Part shown: positions 24,701 to 32,000 of the stretch, one piece after another
How positions within the stretch are numbered: the stretch's first letter is position 1
Layout: each line of letters starts with the position of its first letter
Assembly (NCBI GenBank): GCA_001766815.1
Contig: LYOS01000002.1
Location: forward strand, 324,577 to 356,576
Direction of reading: 5' to 3'
Length of the DNA: 32,000 bases
Source of the DNA: Candidatus Syntropharchaeum caldarium
GTDB taxonomy: Archaea > Halobacteriota > Syntropharchaeia > Syntropharchaeales > Syntropharchaeaceae
Position numbers and translations under genes: made by a program
The notes under the pieces: model-generated
The model's database searches: none
What the model was told of the DNA's origin: nothing
What the model saw: the letters and a program-made list of their open reading frames with translations, nothing else

Positions 24701-26631
24701 TCGGTGTTTACGTCTGTCACTGTGGCATCAATATCGCATCGGTAGTTGATGTTAAGGCAGTTGCCGAGTTTGCGAGGACGCTTCCTGGCGTTACGGTCGC
24801 GAAAGATTACCAGTATATGTGTTCTGATCCAGGACAGGAACTTATCAAGAACGACATCAAAGAACACGGGCTCAAAAGGGTTGTTGTCGCTGCTTGCTCG
24901 CCAAGGATGCATGAGCCAACGTTCAGGGTGGCAATCAGTGACGCCAATCTCAATCCATATCTGCTTGAGGTTGCGAACATCAGAGAACACTGCTCATGGG
25001 TTCACCATGACAGGGAAGCTGCCACAGCAAAGGCAAAGGATCTTGTACAGAGTGCAGTCTCGAAGGCGATGCTCTTAACACCGCTTGAGTCAAGAGAGGT
25101 CGGCGTCACGCCAAGATCACTTGTTATCGGTGGTGGAATTGCGGGACTCGAAGCAGCACTTGATATCGCAGATGCAGGCTTCAAGGTTTATCTTGTGGAG
25201 CGTGAAGCCACGCTTGGTGGACATGCAGCCCAGATTGAACGTCTTTTCCCAGCAATGGAAGATGCATCGTGTCTCGTCCTCCCAAAGATGGCATCTGTGA
25301 TGGAACATCCAAATATCGAGGTGATGACCGATTCCGAGATTTTGGAGGTTGACGGCTATGTCGGTAATTTTGAGGTCACGGTTGTAAAACACCCAAGATA
25401 TGTCGATACCACAAAATGTACCGCCTGCGGCAAGTGTGAAGAGGTGTGTCCCGTAGATGTTGATGATGCGTTCAATCAAAATTTGAAAACTCGTAAGGCG
25501 ATTTACATTCCATTCAAGTCTGCTGTGCCACCTACCTACAGGATCGATCCAGCAAATTGTCTCTATTTCCAGGATGGATCGTGTAAGAAGTGTGTGGATG
25601 TATGTTCGGATGGAGCGATAAACCTTGAAGAAGAGGAAGTAAAGACGAAGCTTGAGGTTGGTACTATTGTAATTGCTACCGGATATGAGCCGTTTGATGC
25701 ACGAAACAAACCTGAGTTTGGATATGGGCAGTATGATAATGTGATAACAGGGCTTGAACTTGAGCGCATGCTTGCAAAGGATGGGCCAACAGGTGGCAAA
25801 GTCTTTGTCAAGGATAAAGAACCAGAAAAGATCGGTTTTATTCAATGTGTTGGTTCAAGGGATAAGCAGGTTGGCAATGAGTACTGTTCAAGGGTCTGCT
25901 GCATGTACACCGCCAAGCAGGCGAGAATGCTCCGTGAGATGTATCCAGATGCACTTGTAAAGGTCTTTTTCATGGACGTCAGGGCGTATGGAAAAGGGTA
26001 TGAGGAGTTCTGGGAGGAAACACAGCGAAGTGGTGTGATCTATGTCAGAAGTAACCCGTCAGAGGTGTATAGAAGGGGAGACAGGGTTGTGCTGCGTGGA
26101 GAGGATACACTCATGGGTGAAGCATTTGAGGAGGAGTTTGACCTTCTTGTACTTGCAACAGGGCTTGTTCCAAGAGCAGATACCCGCGACTTTGGAAACC
26201 TCCTGAAGGTCTCAAGGAGTGGTGATGGTTTCTATCTTGAGGCACATCCGAAGCTAAGACCTGTTGATACAGCATCTGACGGTGTCTATCTTGCAGGGTG
26301 CTGTCAGGGACCAAAAGACATTACAGATACAATCTCACAGGCGAACGGTACCGCTATAAAGGCGTGCATACCATTATTTGTCGGCAAGGTCTCGATCGAG
26401 CCCACGACCTCGATGATCGATAGCCTGATATGTTCGGGATGTCGGGTCTGCGAAGGGATCTGCACATACGGTGCCCTTTCTTTCGATCCTGAGATGGGTG
26501 TCATGACGGTCAACGAGGTGCTCTGCAAGGGATGCGGCTCGTGCGCATCAGCATGTCCGTCCAGCGCAATCTCCATGAAACACTTCCTGGATCAGCAGAT
26601 CTTCGCGCAGATCGAGGCGATAGTGATCTAA
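24697..26631 (+). CDS. hdrA: Heterodisulfide reductase subunit A-type flavoprotein, full-length architecture
   Basis: 644 aa. Canonical N-terminus MIGVYVCHCGINIAS...ACSPRMHEPTF...NIREHCSWVH. FAD domain. Inserted ferredoxin domain (CTACGKCEEVCP). C-terminal 2x[4Fe-4S] (CSGCRVCEGIC, CKGCGSCASACP). ATGA overlap with the upstream hdrA-like gene. Confidence 0.9.
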   Translation: MIGVYVCHCGINIASVVDVKAVAEFARTLPGVTVAKDYQYMCSDPGQELIKNDIKEHGLKRVVVAACSPRMHEPTFRVAISDANLNPYLLEVANIREHCSWVHHDREAATAKAKDLVQSAVSKAMLLTPLESREVGVTPRSLVIGGGIAGLEAALDIADAGFKVYLVEREATLGGHAAQIERLFPAMEDASCLVLPKMASVMEHPNIEVMTDSEILEVDGYVGNFEVTVVKHPRYVDTTKCTACGKCEEVCPVDVDDAFNQNLKTRKAIYIPFKSAVPPTYRIDPANCLYFQDGSCKKCVDVCSDGAINLEEEEVKTKLEVGTIVIATGYEPFDARNKPEFGYGQYDNVITGLELERMLAKDGPTGGKVFVKDKEPEKIGFIQCVGSRDKQVGNEYCSRVCCMYTAKQARMLREMYPDALVKVFFMDVRAYGKGYEEFWEETQRSGVIYVRSNPSEVYRRGDRVVLRGEDTLMGEAFEEEFDLLVLATGLVPRADTRDFGNLLKVSRSGDGFYLEAHPKLRPVDTASDGVYLAGCCQGPKDITDTISQANGTAIKACIPLFVGKVSIEPTTSMIDSLICSGCRVCEGICTYGALSFDPEMGVMTVNEVLCKGCGSCASACPSSAISMKHFLDQQIFAQIEAIVI

Positions 26632-26637
26632 CTCTGG

Positions 26638-27762
26638 GTGATGATCGGTATTGTATTTCACGGTGCAGAAGTGATCGATTCAGGGGAGGCGCAGCAGATA
26701 CTCAAGATGCTTCCTCTGATCACCCATGACTTTAAAGCGTTTCTTGGTGGAATAAGCGGCAAAACTGCGGTAATCGATGCAGGACTCACCGATCTGATTG
26801 ATATAACCAGGCATAAACTCCCAAGTGCGCTTATTACAGAGCTTATCGAGAACGGCTATGATTTTATCCTTCTTTTGAACCATGCAAAGACTGAAAAAAG
26901 CGGGATTTCACTTGGTGGCGAGATTTTCAGGCGCGTGAAGTCACGAATAAGAGCCAGTTTTTCTTTTGTGCAGATCGACTATCATGGCTTTATCGTGCCA
27001 TGGCAGGTTGAAGATGAGAAGCTCTACACTCAGATCCGAGAAAGTCTTGAATTGAGTGAGATCGCACCACCAGAGCCTGAAAACCGCGTGGTACGAGAAG
27101 GGGCGCTTGTTAGAAGAATCGTCGATGGCGTGGAACCTGGTGAGAAAATCCTTGTGGATGGTATTGTGATCGGGATCGCAGAATCTGAGGATCTTACCAT
27201 CATCGAAGATGGAGGGAAGATAATTGGGCTCGAAGGGGGGCGTATCATCGATGAGAATCTTCTGAAGTTTGATCGGGTCAATCTGGCATCCTCGATGGTG
27301 AAGAGTGTCCGGTACTTCAGGGAACATCTGCCAGAAAAGATAGGAACGTTCAAACGAGGACCTGTCGACGGCAAAGTTGCCCTGCTCTTCACGGCTGAAC
27401 GCGTCTTTGAGATCTTTGAGCACGTGAATGGCGTTGTTACGATCGGTGATGATACCACCGCGATTGTAGCCGATATTGCAACAAGATTTGGCGTACCTGT
27501 TCTTGGAATTACAGACGGTGATATTGATGGGCTGATTCCACAGATTGGTGCTGGAGGGAAAGAGGATTTTGAGAAGATTGTACCACCTGGCTCACTTATA
27601 CTTCGTGTCAGGGCTGAATCTGATGACGAGATTGGTTACAGGATACAGGAAGAGATATTTGGAGGAGAGGAGATGATTGAACTTGATTTTAACATGCTGT
27701 GTGATCGGGTGCTTGAGATCGTGAACCACGACCTAGTCTGGATGGTCAGGGGAAGCGTATGA
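26638..27762 (+). CDS. Uncharacterised conserved-looking protein (three-part: alpha/beta N-domain, beta-rich middle, acidic-motif C-domain)
   Basis: 374 aa. The track start is GTG at 26638; an ATG lies at 26641. No family recognised with confidence. The C-terminal region VVTIGDDTTAIVADIATRFGVPVLGITDGDIDG (TDGDIDG at 27511-27531) looks like a metal-binding acidic motif. It begins 6 nt after the hdrA stop, and its own stop overlaps the ruvA start (ATGA). Confidence 0.6.
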   Translation: MMIGIVFHGAEVIDSGEAQQILKMLPLITHDFKAFLGGISGKTAVIDAGLTDLIDITRHKLPSALITELIENGYDFILLLNHAKTEKSGISLGGEIFRRVKSRIRASFSFVQIDYHGFIVPWQVEDEKLYTQIRESLELSEIAPPEPENRVVREGALVRRIVDGVEPGEKILVDGIVIGIAESEDLTIIEDGGKIIGLEGGRIIDENLLKFDRVNLASSMVKSVRYFREHLPEKIGTFKRGPVDGKVALLFTAERVFEIFEHVNGVVTIGDDTTAIVADIATRFGVPVLGITDGDIDGLIPQIGAGGKEDFEKIVPPGSLILRVRAESDDEIGYRIQEEIFGGEEMIELDFNMLCDRVLEIVNHDLVWMVRGSV

Positions 27763-28331
27763 TTGCACACATCAGGGGTGTGGTGGAGGGGATGGAGGAG
27801 GATGCAGTTGTGGTTGATGTGAATGGGATTGGCTACCGCATTTTTGTTCCAGCAGACATCATAGAGTCGTTGGGAGGGTGCGGAGAAGAGATCAAGCTTC
27901 TCACACATCTTCAGATGAAGGATGATGAGATGGTGCTCTATGGATTCCTTGACTCTTATGAACTTGAGATCTTTCAGGCGCTTCTTGGTGTATCAGGGGT
28001 TGGAGCAAAGACCGCACTCACGATCCTCTCATCCCTCAAGCCAGATCTGCTGCAATCAGCTGTTATTAGTGGAGATATTGATAAATTAACTTCGATCAAA
28101 GGGATTGGTAAAAAAACCGCATCCAGAATCGTGCTTGAGCTTGGGGAGAGGCTTGTCGTCCGAAAAACCCTTCCGAAAAAGTTCAATGATGCGATAGAGG
28201 GGCTTGTTACGCTTGGGTATAGTAAAAATGAAGCCGAGAATGTAGTCAAGCAGATTCTCGATGAGAAAGGCGAGGAGATTTCGGTGGAAGATATAATAAA
28301 AGAGGGGTTGAGGAGGTTAACCTCCAATTAA
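27759..28331 (+). CDS. ruvA: Holliday junction DNA-binding protein RuvA (bacterial type; all three domains)
   Basis: 190 aa. Domain I: [31 protein letters not shown]. Domain II helix-hairpin-helix pair: [17 protein letters not shown] ... [19 protein letters not shown]. Domain III: [23 protein letters not shown]. Confidence 0.8.
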   Translation: MIAHIRGVVEGMEEDAVVVDVNGIGYRIFVPADIIESLGGCGEEIKLLTHLQMKDDEMVLYGFLDSYELEIFQALLGVSGVGAKTALTILSSLKPDLLQSAVISGDIDKLTSIKGIGKKTASRIVLELGERLVVRKTLPKKFNDAIEGLVTLGYSKNEAENVVKQILDEKGEEISVEDIIKEGLRRLTSN

Positions 28332-29152
28332 AGCATCTCGTTTGCTTCTTTCGCACTTTTACCCTCGTGTACAATCAGGCAGATCGCTTTTGTGATGCGT
28401 GCCGGGTCCTCGTGCTGGAAGACATTTCTGCCGATCGCAACGCCCCTGCCCCCAACCGATATCGCACCCTCGATCATCTCAAGTAGGTCAAAGTCGGTCT
28501 CAACCTTTGGCCCTCCTGCGATGATGACAGGTACAGGACAGCCGTTTACAACATCCCTGAAGGAATCGGGATCGCCAGTATAGTTTGTTTTGATAATATC
28601 GGCACCAAGCTCAGCCCCAGCACGCGATGCATGTGCTACAACCGCTGAATCGTGTGGATTCTTAATATCCTTTCCTCTGGGGTACATCATTGCAAGCAAC
28701 GGCATCCCCCAGTAATCACATCGTTCCGCGAGTTCTCCAAGCTGAACAAGCTGATCTGGCTCGGTCTCCGATCCCACATTGACGTGGATGCTCACCGCAT
28801 CAGCTCCAAGCTTTATCGCCTCTTCAACCTTACAGACGGTTACCTTCTCGTTTGGGTCTGGTGCCAAGGATGTGGAAGCACTGACATGAACAATCAGTCC
28901 AATATCTCTGCCATATCCTCTAAATCCATGCTTTACCATTCCTTTGTGCATCAGCACAGCGTTCGCACCGCTATTTGCGACTTTATCGATCGCATCTGCC
29001 ATATTCACGATACCTCTGGCAGGTCCGATCGAGATGCCATGATCCATCGGGATCACAACAAAGTTTCTGCTCTCGCGATCCATTATCCGCTCGATTCGTA
29101 TCATCTTTCCAATCTCCGACATCTCCATCACTTCTGTGTTAGTGTGTGCCAT
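28328..29152 (-). CDS. aroA': DhnA-type class I aldolase; most likely 2-amino-3,7-dideoxy-D-threo-hept-6-ulosonate (ADH) synthase of the archaeal shikimate route
   Basis: 274 aa. It is collinear with what I recall of M. jannaschii MJ0400: [21 protein letters not shown]...[10 protein letters not shown]...[13 protein letters not shown]...[14 protein letters not shown]...[12 protein letters not shown]...AGGPK...[12 protein letters not shown] cannot fully separate it from FBP aldolase class IA by eye. Confidence 0.7.
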   Translation of the reverse strand: MAHTNTEVMEMSEIGKMIRIERIMDRESRNFVVIPMDHGISIGPARGIVNMADAIDKVANSGANAVLMHKGMVKHGFRGYGRDIGLIVHVSASTSLAPDPNEKVTVCKVEEAIKLGADAVSIHVNVGSETEPDQLVQLGELAERCDYWGMPLLAMMYPRGKDIKNPHDSAVVAHASRAGAELGADIIKTNYTGDPDSFRDVVNGCPVPVIIAGGPKVETDFDLLEMIEGAISVGGRGVAIGRNVFQHEDPARITKAICLIVHEGKSAKEANEML

Positions 29153-29294
29153 AGTAGCATGAAGTCTATAGCTGTGGGATAGTTATAAGTCTTATTGTGT
29201 AACCTTCCTTCACGGTGTTGAGAATAGCTTTCGCCTAAAACGAAAAGTATTTACCCCTCACAGGAAGATTACTACTATCTATGGAGGATAATTT

Positions 29295-30620
29295 ATGGAA
29301 GAAGTTGTGATTGTTGAAAGTGTTAGAACAGCAGTAGGGACGTTTGGAGGATCGCTCAAAGATGTTGAGGTTATGGATCTTGGAAAGACCGTGATAAAGG
29401 GCGTCATGGAGCGAGCGGGGCTTAGACCTGTGATCTCAGATGAAGTAAAGTCGTTCAGACCGAGCATCACAAAAGATGTCGAGATGAGTGAGGTTGAGGC
29501 AAAATTCGCCAGCTGGGATGAGAATCTAACGCCGATTATGATCGATGAGGTTATTATGGGTAATGTCCTGCAAGGTGGGCAGGGACAGAACACCACGAGA
29601 CAGGCAGCGATCAGGGCAGGTATACCACAGGAGACGAACGCCGTCACGGTCAACAAGATCTGTGCATCAGGCATGAAGGCGGTTGCACTTGGTGCTCAGG
29701 CGATAAAAGCAGGAGACGCTGATGTAATCATAGCGGGCGGGATGGAGTGTATGAGCCAGGCGCCTTATGCGCTTCCAAGAGCACGCTGGGGATACAGGAT
29801 GGATATATCAGGAAAGGGTGAAGCACTCGATCTGATGGTTTATGATGGCCTTTACGAGATATTCTACGGCTACCACATGGGTGTAACTGCGGAAAATATC
29901 GCGAGGGAGTACAACATCTCAAGACAGGCCCAGGATGAGGTTGGAGCAGAGAGTCACAGAAGGGCGTTGAAGGCGATAAAAGATGGTATTTTTGCAGAAG
30001 AGATTGTGCCTGTATTGATCCCGCAACGAAAGGGCGATCCAAAGGTCTTTGATACGGATGAACGCCCTATGGAAACGAGTGTTGAGAAGATGGCAAAACT
30101 TAAACCTGCTTTCATAAAGGATGGTACTGTTACCGCGGGAAATGCATCTGGTATTAACGATGGGGCTGCCGCACTTCTGCTGACATCGAGAAAGTTTGCA
30201 GAGGAAAATGGCCTGAAGATAAGGGCAACGATAAAAGGGTATGCCGCAGGTGCTGTGGATCCACAGTATATGGGACTTGGTCCAATACCTGCAACAAGAA
30301 AACTCATGAATAAACTTGGGCTTACAGTCGATGATATGGATGTGATTGAGCTGAATGAGGCATTCGCGTCACAGGCTATCGCATGTATCAAAGAGCTTGG
30401 ACTTCCGTTATACGGTGAGAGCGATGAGTATAATGATCCAGGATCTGAGAAAGTCAACCCATATGGATCTGGAATCTCGCTTGGACATCCGATCGGATGT
30501 ACAGGTGCAAGACTTCTTGTAACGATGCTTCATGAGATGGAACGAAAAGATCTAAGGTATGGGCTTGCAACGCTCTGTATCGGTGGAGGACAGGGTATGT
30601 CAATGGTGCTGGAGCGCTAA
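29295..30620 (+). CDS. Acetyl-CoA C-acetyltransferase (thiolase II, bacterial-type) with an N-terminal insertion of about 39 aa
   Basis: 441 aa. Active-site NKICASGMKAV (Cys), NEAFASQ, GHPIGCTGARL and CIGGGQGMSMVLE. There is extra sequence between ERAGL and IDEVIMGNV. Confidence 0.9.
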   Translation: MEEVVIVESVRTAVGTFGGSLKDVEVMDLGKTVIKGVMERAGLRPVISDEVKSFRPSITKDVEMSEVEAKFASWDENLTPIMIDEVIMGNVLQGGQGQNTTRQAAIRAGIPQETNAVTVNKICASGMKAVALGAQAIKAGDADVIIAGGMECMSQAPYALPRARWGYRMDISGKGEALDLMVYDGLYEIFYGYHMGVTAENIAREYNISRQAQDEVGAESHRRALKAIKDGIFAEEIVPVLIPQRKGDPKVFDTDERPMETSVEKMAKLKPAFIKDGTVTAGNASGINDGAAALLLTSRKFAEENGLKIRATIKGYAAGAVDPQYMGLGPIPATRKLMNKLGLTVDDMDVIELNEAFASQAIACIKELGLPLYGESDEYNDPGSEKVNPYGSGISLGHPIGCTGARLLVTMLHEMERKDLRYGLATLCIGGGQGMSMVLER

Positions 30621-30631
30621 TAATAATTTTA

Positions 30632-30670
30632 ATGTTTGCCACACGCGAGGTGGCAAACATCTTTTTTTCT
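30632..30670. terminator. Bidirectional hairpin terminator between the convergent thiolase and cytochrome genes
   Basis: Perfect 11-bp inverted repeat: atgtttgccac (30632-30642) and gtggcaaacat (30650-30660), with a 7-nt loop. It is followed by ctttttttc on the plus strand and preceded by an A/T-rich tract that gives a T-run on the minus strand. Confidence 0.65.
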
Positions 30671-30687
30671 TTGTTCGATAAAAACCG

Positions 30688-30880
30688 TCAGTAACTGTTT
30701 GTCCAGTTGTTCTGGTATGTTGATGCTGTCACATTGCTGCCTGCGGCCGAGAAGTCAGGGATTGACCAGCTTCCAGTCTCGTTCTCTGATGCTGAGAACT
30801 CAAGCACGACGTTCTTTGTCCACGAGATATTGACACCAACCCCTGTATGACATCCAATGCAGGCTTCGTTCGCATCCTCC
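30688..30880 (-). repeat. Paralogous 3'-end block, copy 1 (about 90% nt identity to 31653-31845)
   Basis: Hand alignment: about 19 mismatches in about 195 nt, with identical runs of about 45 and 41 nt. Confidence 0.8.
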
Positions 30881-31533
30881 ATCATGGTAACATTCTCAAT
30901 TGAATCCAGTACGAACTTCTTGTGGGCTGCTAAGCTTCCTGTATCTGATGTGTTGATCGTCAGGTTGAAGCCCCCCGCTGGTGGGATGTAATACACATCT
31001 CCAGTAGCGGCATTTGCATGGCATCGACGGCAATCCTCATTATTTGTATATGCGCCCTCGTGAGCAGGCCTGTTGTTTGGATTCTGATTTGGAGCCTGAT
31101 GGCATGACCAGCAGTTAAAGCTTGCTGCATGTATCGGGGTCACGCCAGATTTATCCCCGCTGTGGCAGTACATGCAGGGAACGGTGGATGCGGCATGAGC
31201 CTCTTTTCCAGGTGTTGAACCCGTACCATCCCCAGATGCATATGTGTAATTTGTAAAGCTCGCATTCTGGCGGTAGATGGGGAACAACCTGTGACAGTAT
31301 CCACACTCCATCCTCCCATATCCGGTCTCACCTGAGTGAGCCGAGACGAGTGAGTTCATCTCATCCGCGATATCCCCATGACACTTCTCACATGGTAGAT
31401 CATTACCGCTCACATTCAGATTATACCATGAATGTTGCCCTGAAAAGAGTGCAACTGTCTGGGGAAGCGCGAATATACCTGTCATGATAACCGCAAGCAT
31501 CAGAAGCAAATGCGTCCTCCTCATTTTTATCAC
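30688..31533 (-). CDS. Membrane-anchored/secreted hexaheme c-type cytochrome
   Basis: 281 aa. N-terminal signal/anchor RRTHLLLMLAVIMTGIFALPQTVA. Six CxxCH motifs: CEKCH, CGYCH, CMYCH, CWSCH, CRRCH, CIGCH. Many NxS/T sequons. SD GAGGTGAT lies 4 nt upstream of the ATG. Confidence 0.9.
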   Translation of the reverse strand: MIKMRRTHLLLMLAVIMTGIFALPQTVALFSGQHSWYNLNVSGNDLPCEKCHGDIADEMNSLVSAHSGETGYGRMECGYCHRLFPIYRQNASFTNYTYASGDGTGSTPGKEAHAASTVPCMYCHSGDKSGVTPIHAASFNCWSCHQAPNQNPNNRPAHEGAYTNNEDCRRCHANAATGDVYYIPPAGGFNLTINTSDTGSLAAHKKFVLDSIENVTMMEDANEACIGCHTGVGVNISWTKNVVLEFSASENETGSWSIPDFSAAGSNVTASTYQNNWTNSY

Positions 31534-31652
31534 CTCTATTGAAACCTATCGAGGGGTTGCATATAAAAAATTTGTGGACATGAACGGTGTAAAATCGAGC
31601 ATCCCTAATGATTATTGGAATAAAAAGAAAAAATTGAGAGATCAGCAGTGAT

Positions 31653-31845
31653 TCAGTAACTGTTCGTCCAGTTGTTCCTGTATGTTGATGCTGTCACATT
31701 GCTGCCTGCGGCCGAGAAGTCAGGAATTGACCAGTTCCCATACTCATTCTCTGATGCTGAGAACTCAAGCACGACGTTCTTTGTCCAGGTGATGTTGACA
31801 CCAACGCGGGTATGGCATCCGATGCAGGCTTCGTTCGCACCTTCC
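31653..31845 (-). repeat. Paralogous 3'-end block, copy 2
   Basis: See copy 1. Confidence 0.8.
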
Positions 31846-32000
31846 ATCAAGGACTCGTTCATCGCATCGAGCACAAACTTGCGGTGGGCTGCTTTCTCGC
31901 CTGTATCTGTGGCGGTGGTGTTATGTCCAGGGTTCGCAGGGTCTTCTATCCCGAAGCCACCGGCTGAGATGAAGTCGGAATATCCTCCACTCCAGTGACA
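31653..32000 (-). CDS. Paralogous multiheme c-type cytochrome; the N-terminal part lies beyond the window end
   Basis: The track ORF (31653..31874) starts at an internal GTG. My translation stays open to the window edge: CHWSGGYSDFISAGGFGIEDPANPGHNTTATDTGEKAAHRKFVLDAMNES.... This aligns with residues of the neighbouring cytochrome (AAHKKFVLDSIENV...EACIGCH). It contains CIGCH plus a partial ..CH at the edge. Confidence 0.85.
   Translation of the reverse strand, partial: CHWSGGYSDFISAGGFGIEDPANPGHNTTATDTGEKAAHRKFVLDAMNESLMEGANEACIGCHTRVGVNITWTKNVVLEFSASENEYGNWSIPDFSAAGSNVTASTYRNNWTNSY

Noticed and set aside
25117-25845. 242-aa minus-strand ORF inside hdrA. Also 22325-22990 (221 aa) inside the frhB-like gene, and 26941-27458 inside the 374-aa gene.
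   Set aside because: These are antisense frames of strongly supported genes. Their translations have no recognisable motifs and a skewed composition, so they are treated as chance open frames.
31855-31880. My hand count around the GTG that starts track ORF 31653-31874 came out one nucleotide off from the track
   Set aside because: This is most likely my own counting slip near a line break. I kept the track coordinates. Treat my hand-derived coordinates near the window end as +/-1 nt.
31672-31998. 108-aa plus-strand ORF at the window end
   Set aside because: It is antisense to the second multiheme cytochrome, whose minus-strand frame is supported by homology to the neighbouring gene and a CxxCH motif.

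Overview
The window reads as a euryarchaeal chromosome segment. An ANME-2d / Methanoperedens-like Methanosarcinales origin is my inference from gene content, not from a search. Housekeeping content: ilvN and ilvB, an archaeal RNase P RNA, cetZ, pyrC, purA, tRNA-Arg(GCG), smc, the rps13-rps4-rps11-rpoD operon, an ADH-synthase-type class I aldolase and a thiolase. Between these lie accessory blocks:

1. A roughly 5 kb islet starts at the 3' end of tRNA-Arg and ends at a degenerate copy of part of that tRNA. It carries a visibly AT-rich CPBP protease gene, a decayed rve-type transposase remnant, and a surface glycoprotein of at least 1237 aa. That protein's vWA domain is interrupted by three CUB-like modules. 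Its signal peptide lies upstream of any canonical start codon.
2. A secreted PKD plus double lamin-tail-domain protein, a Nudix hydrolase, and an overlapping pair made of a minimal archaeosortase-like protein and a divergent membrane paralog with a zinc-finger tail.
3. A tightly coupled five-gene run: frhB-like, truncated hdrA-like, full hdrA, an unrecognised 374-aa protein, and a bacterial-type ruvA.
4. Two tandem multiheme c-type cytochrome paralogs with about 90% identical 3' ends; the second runs off the window.

I saw no CRISPR array, rRNA or intact mobile element. All family calls come from reading the translations by eye. No database search was run.
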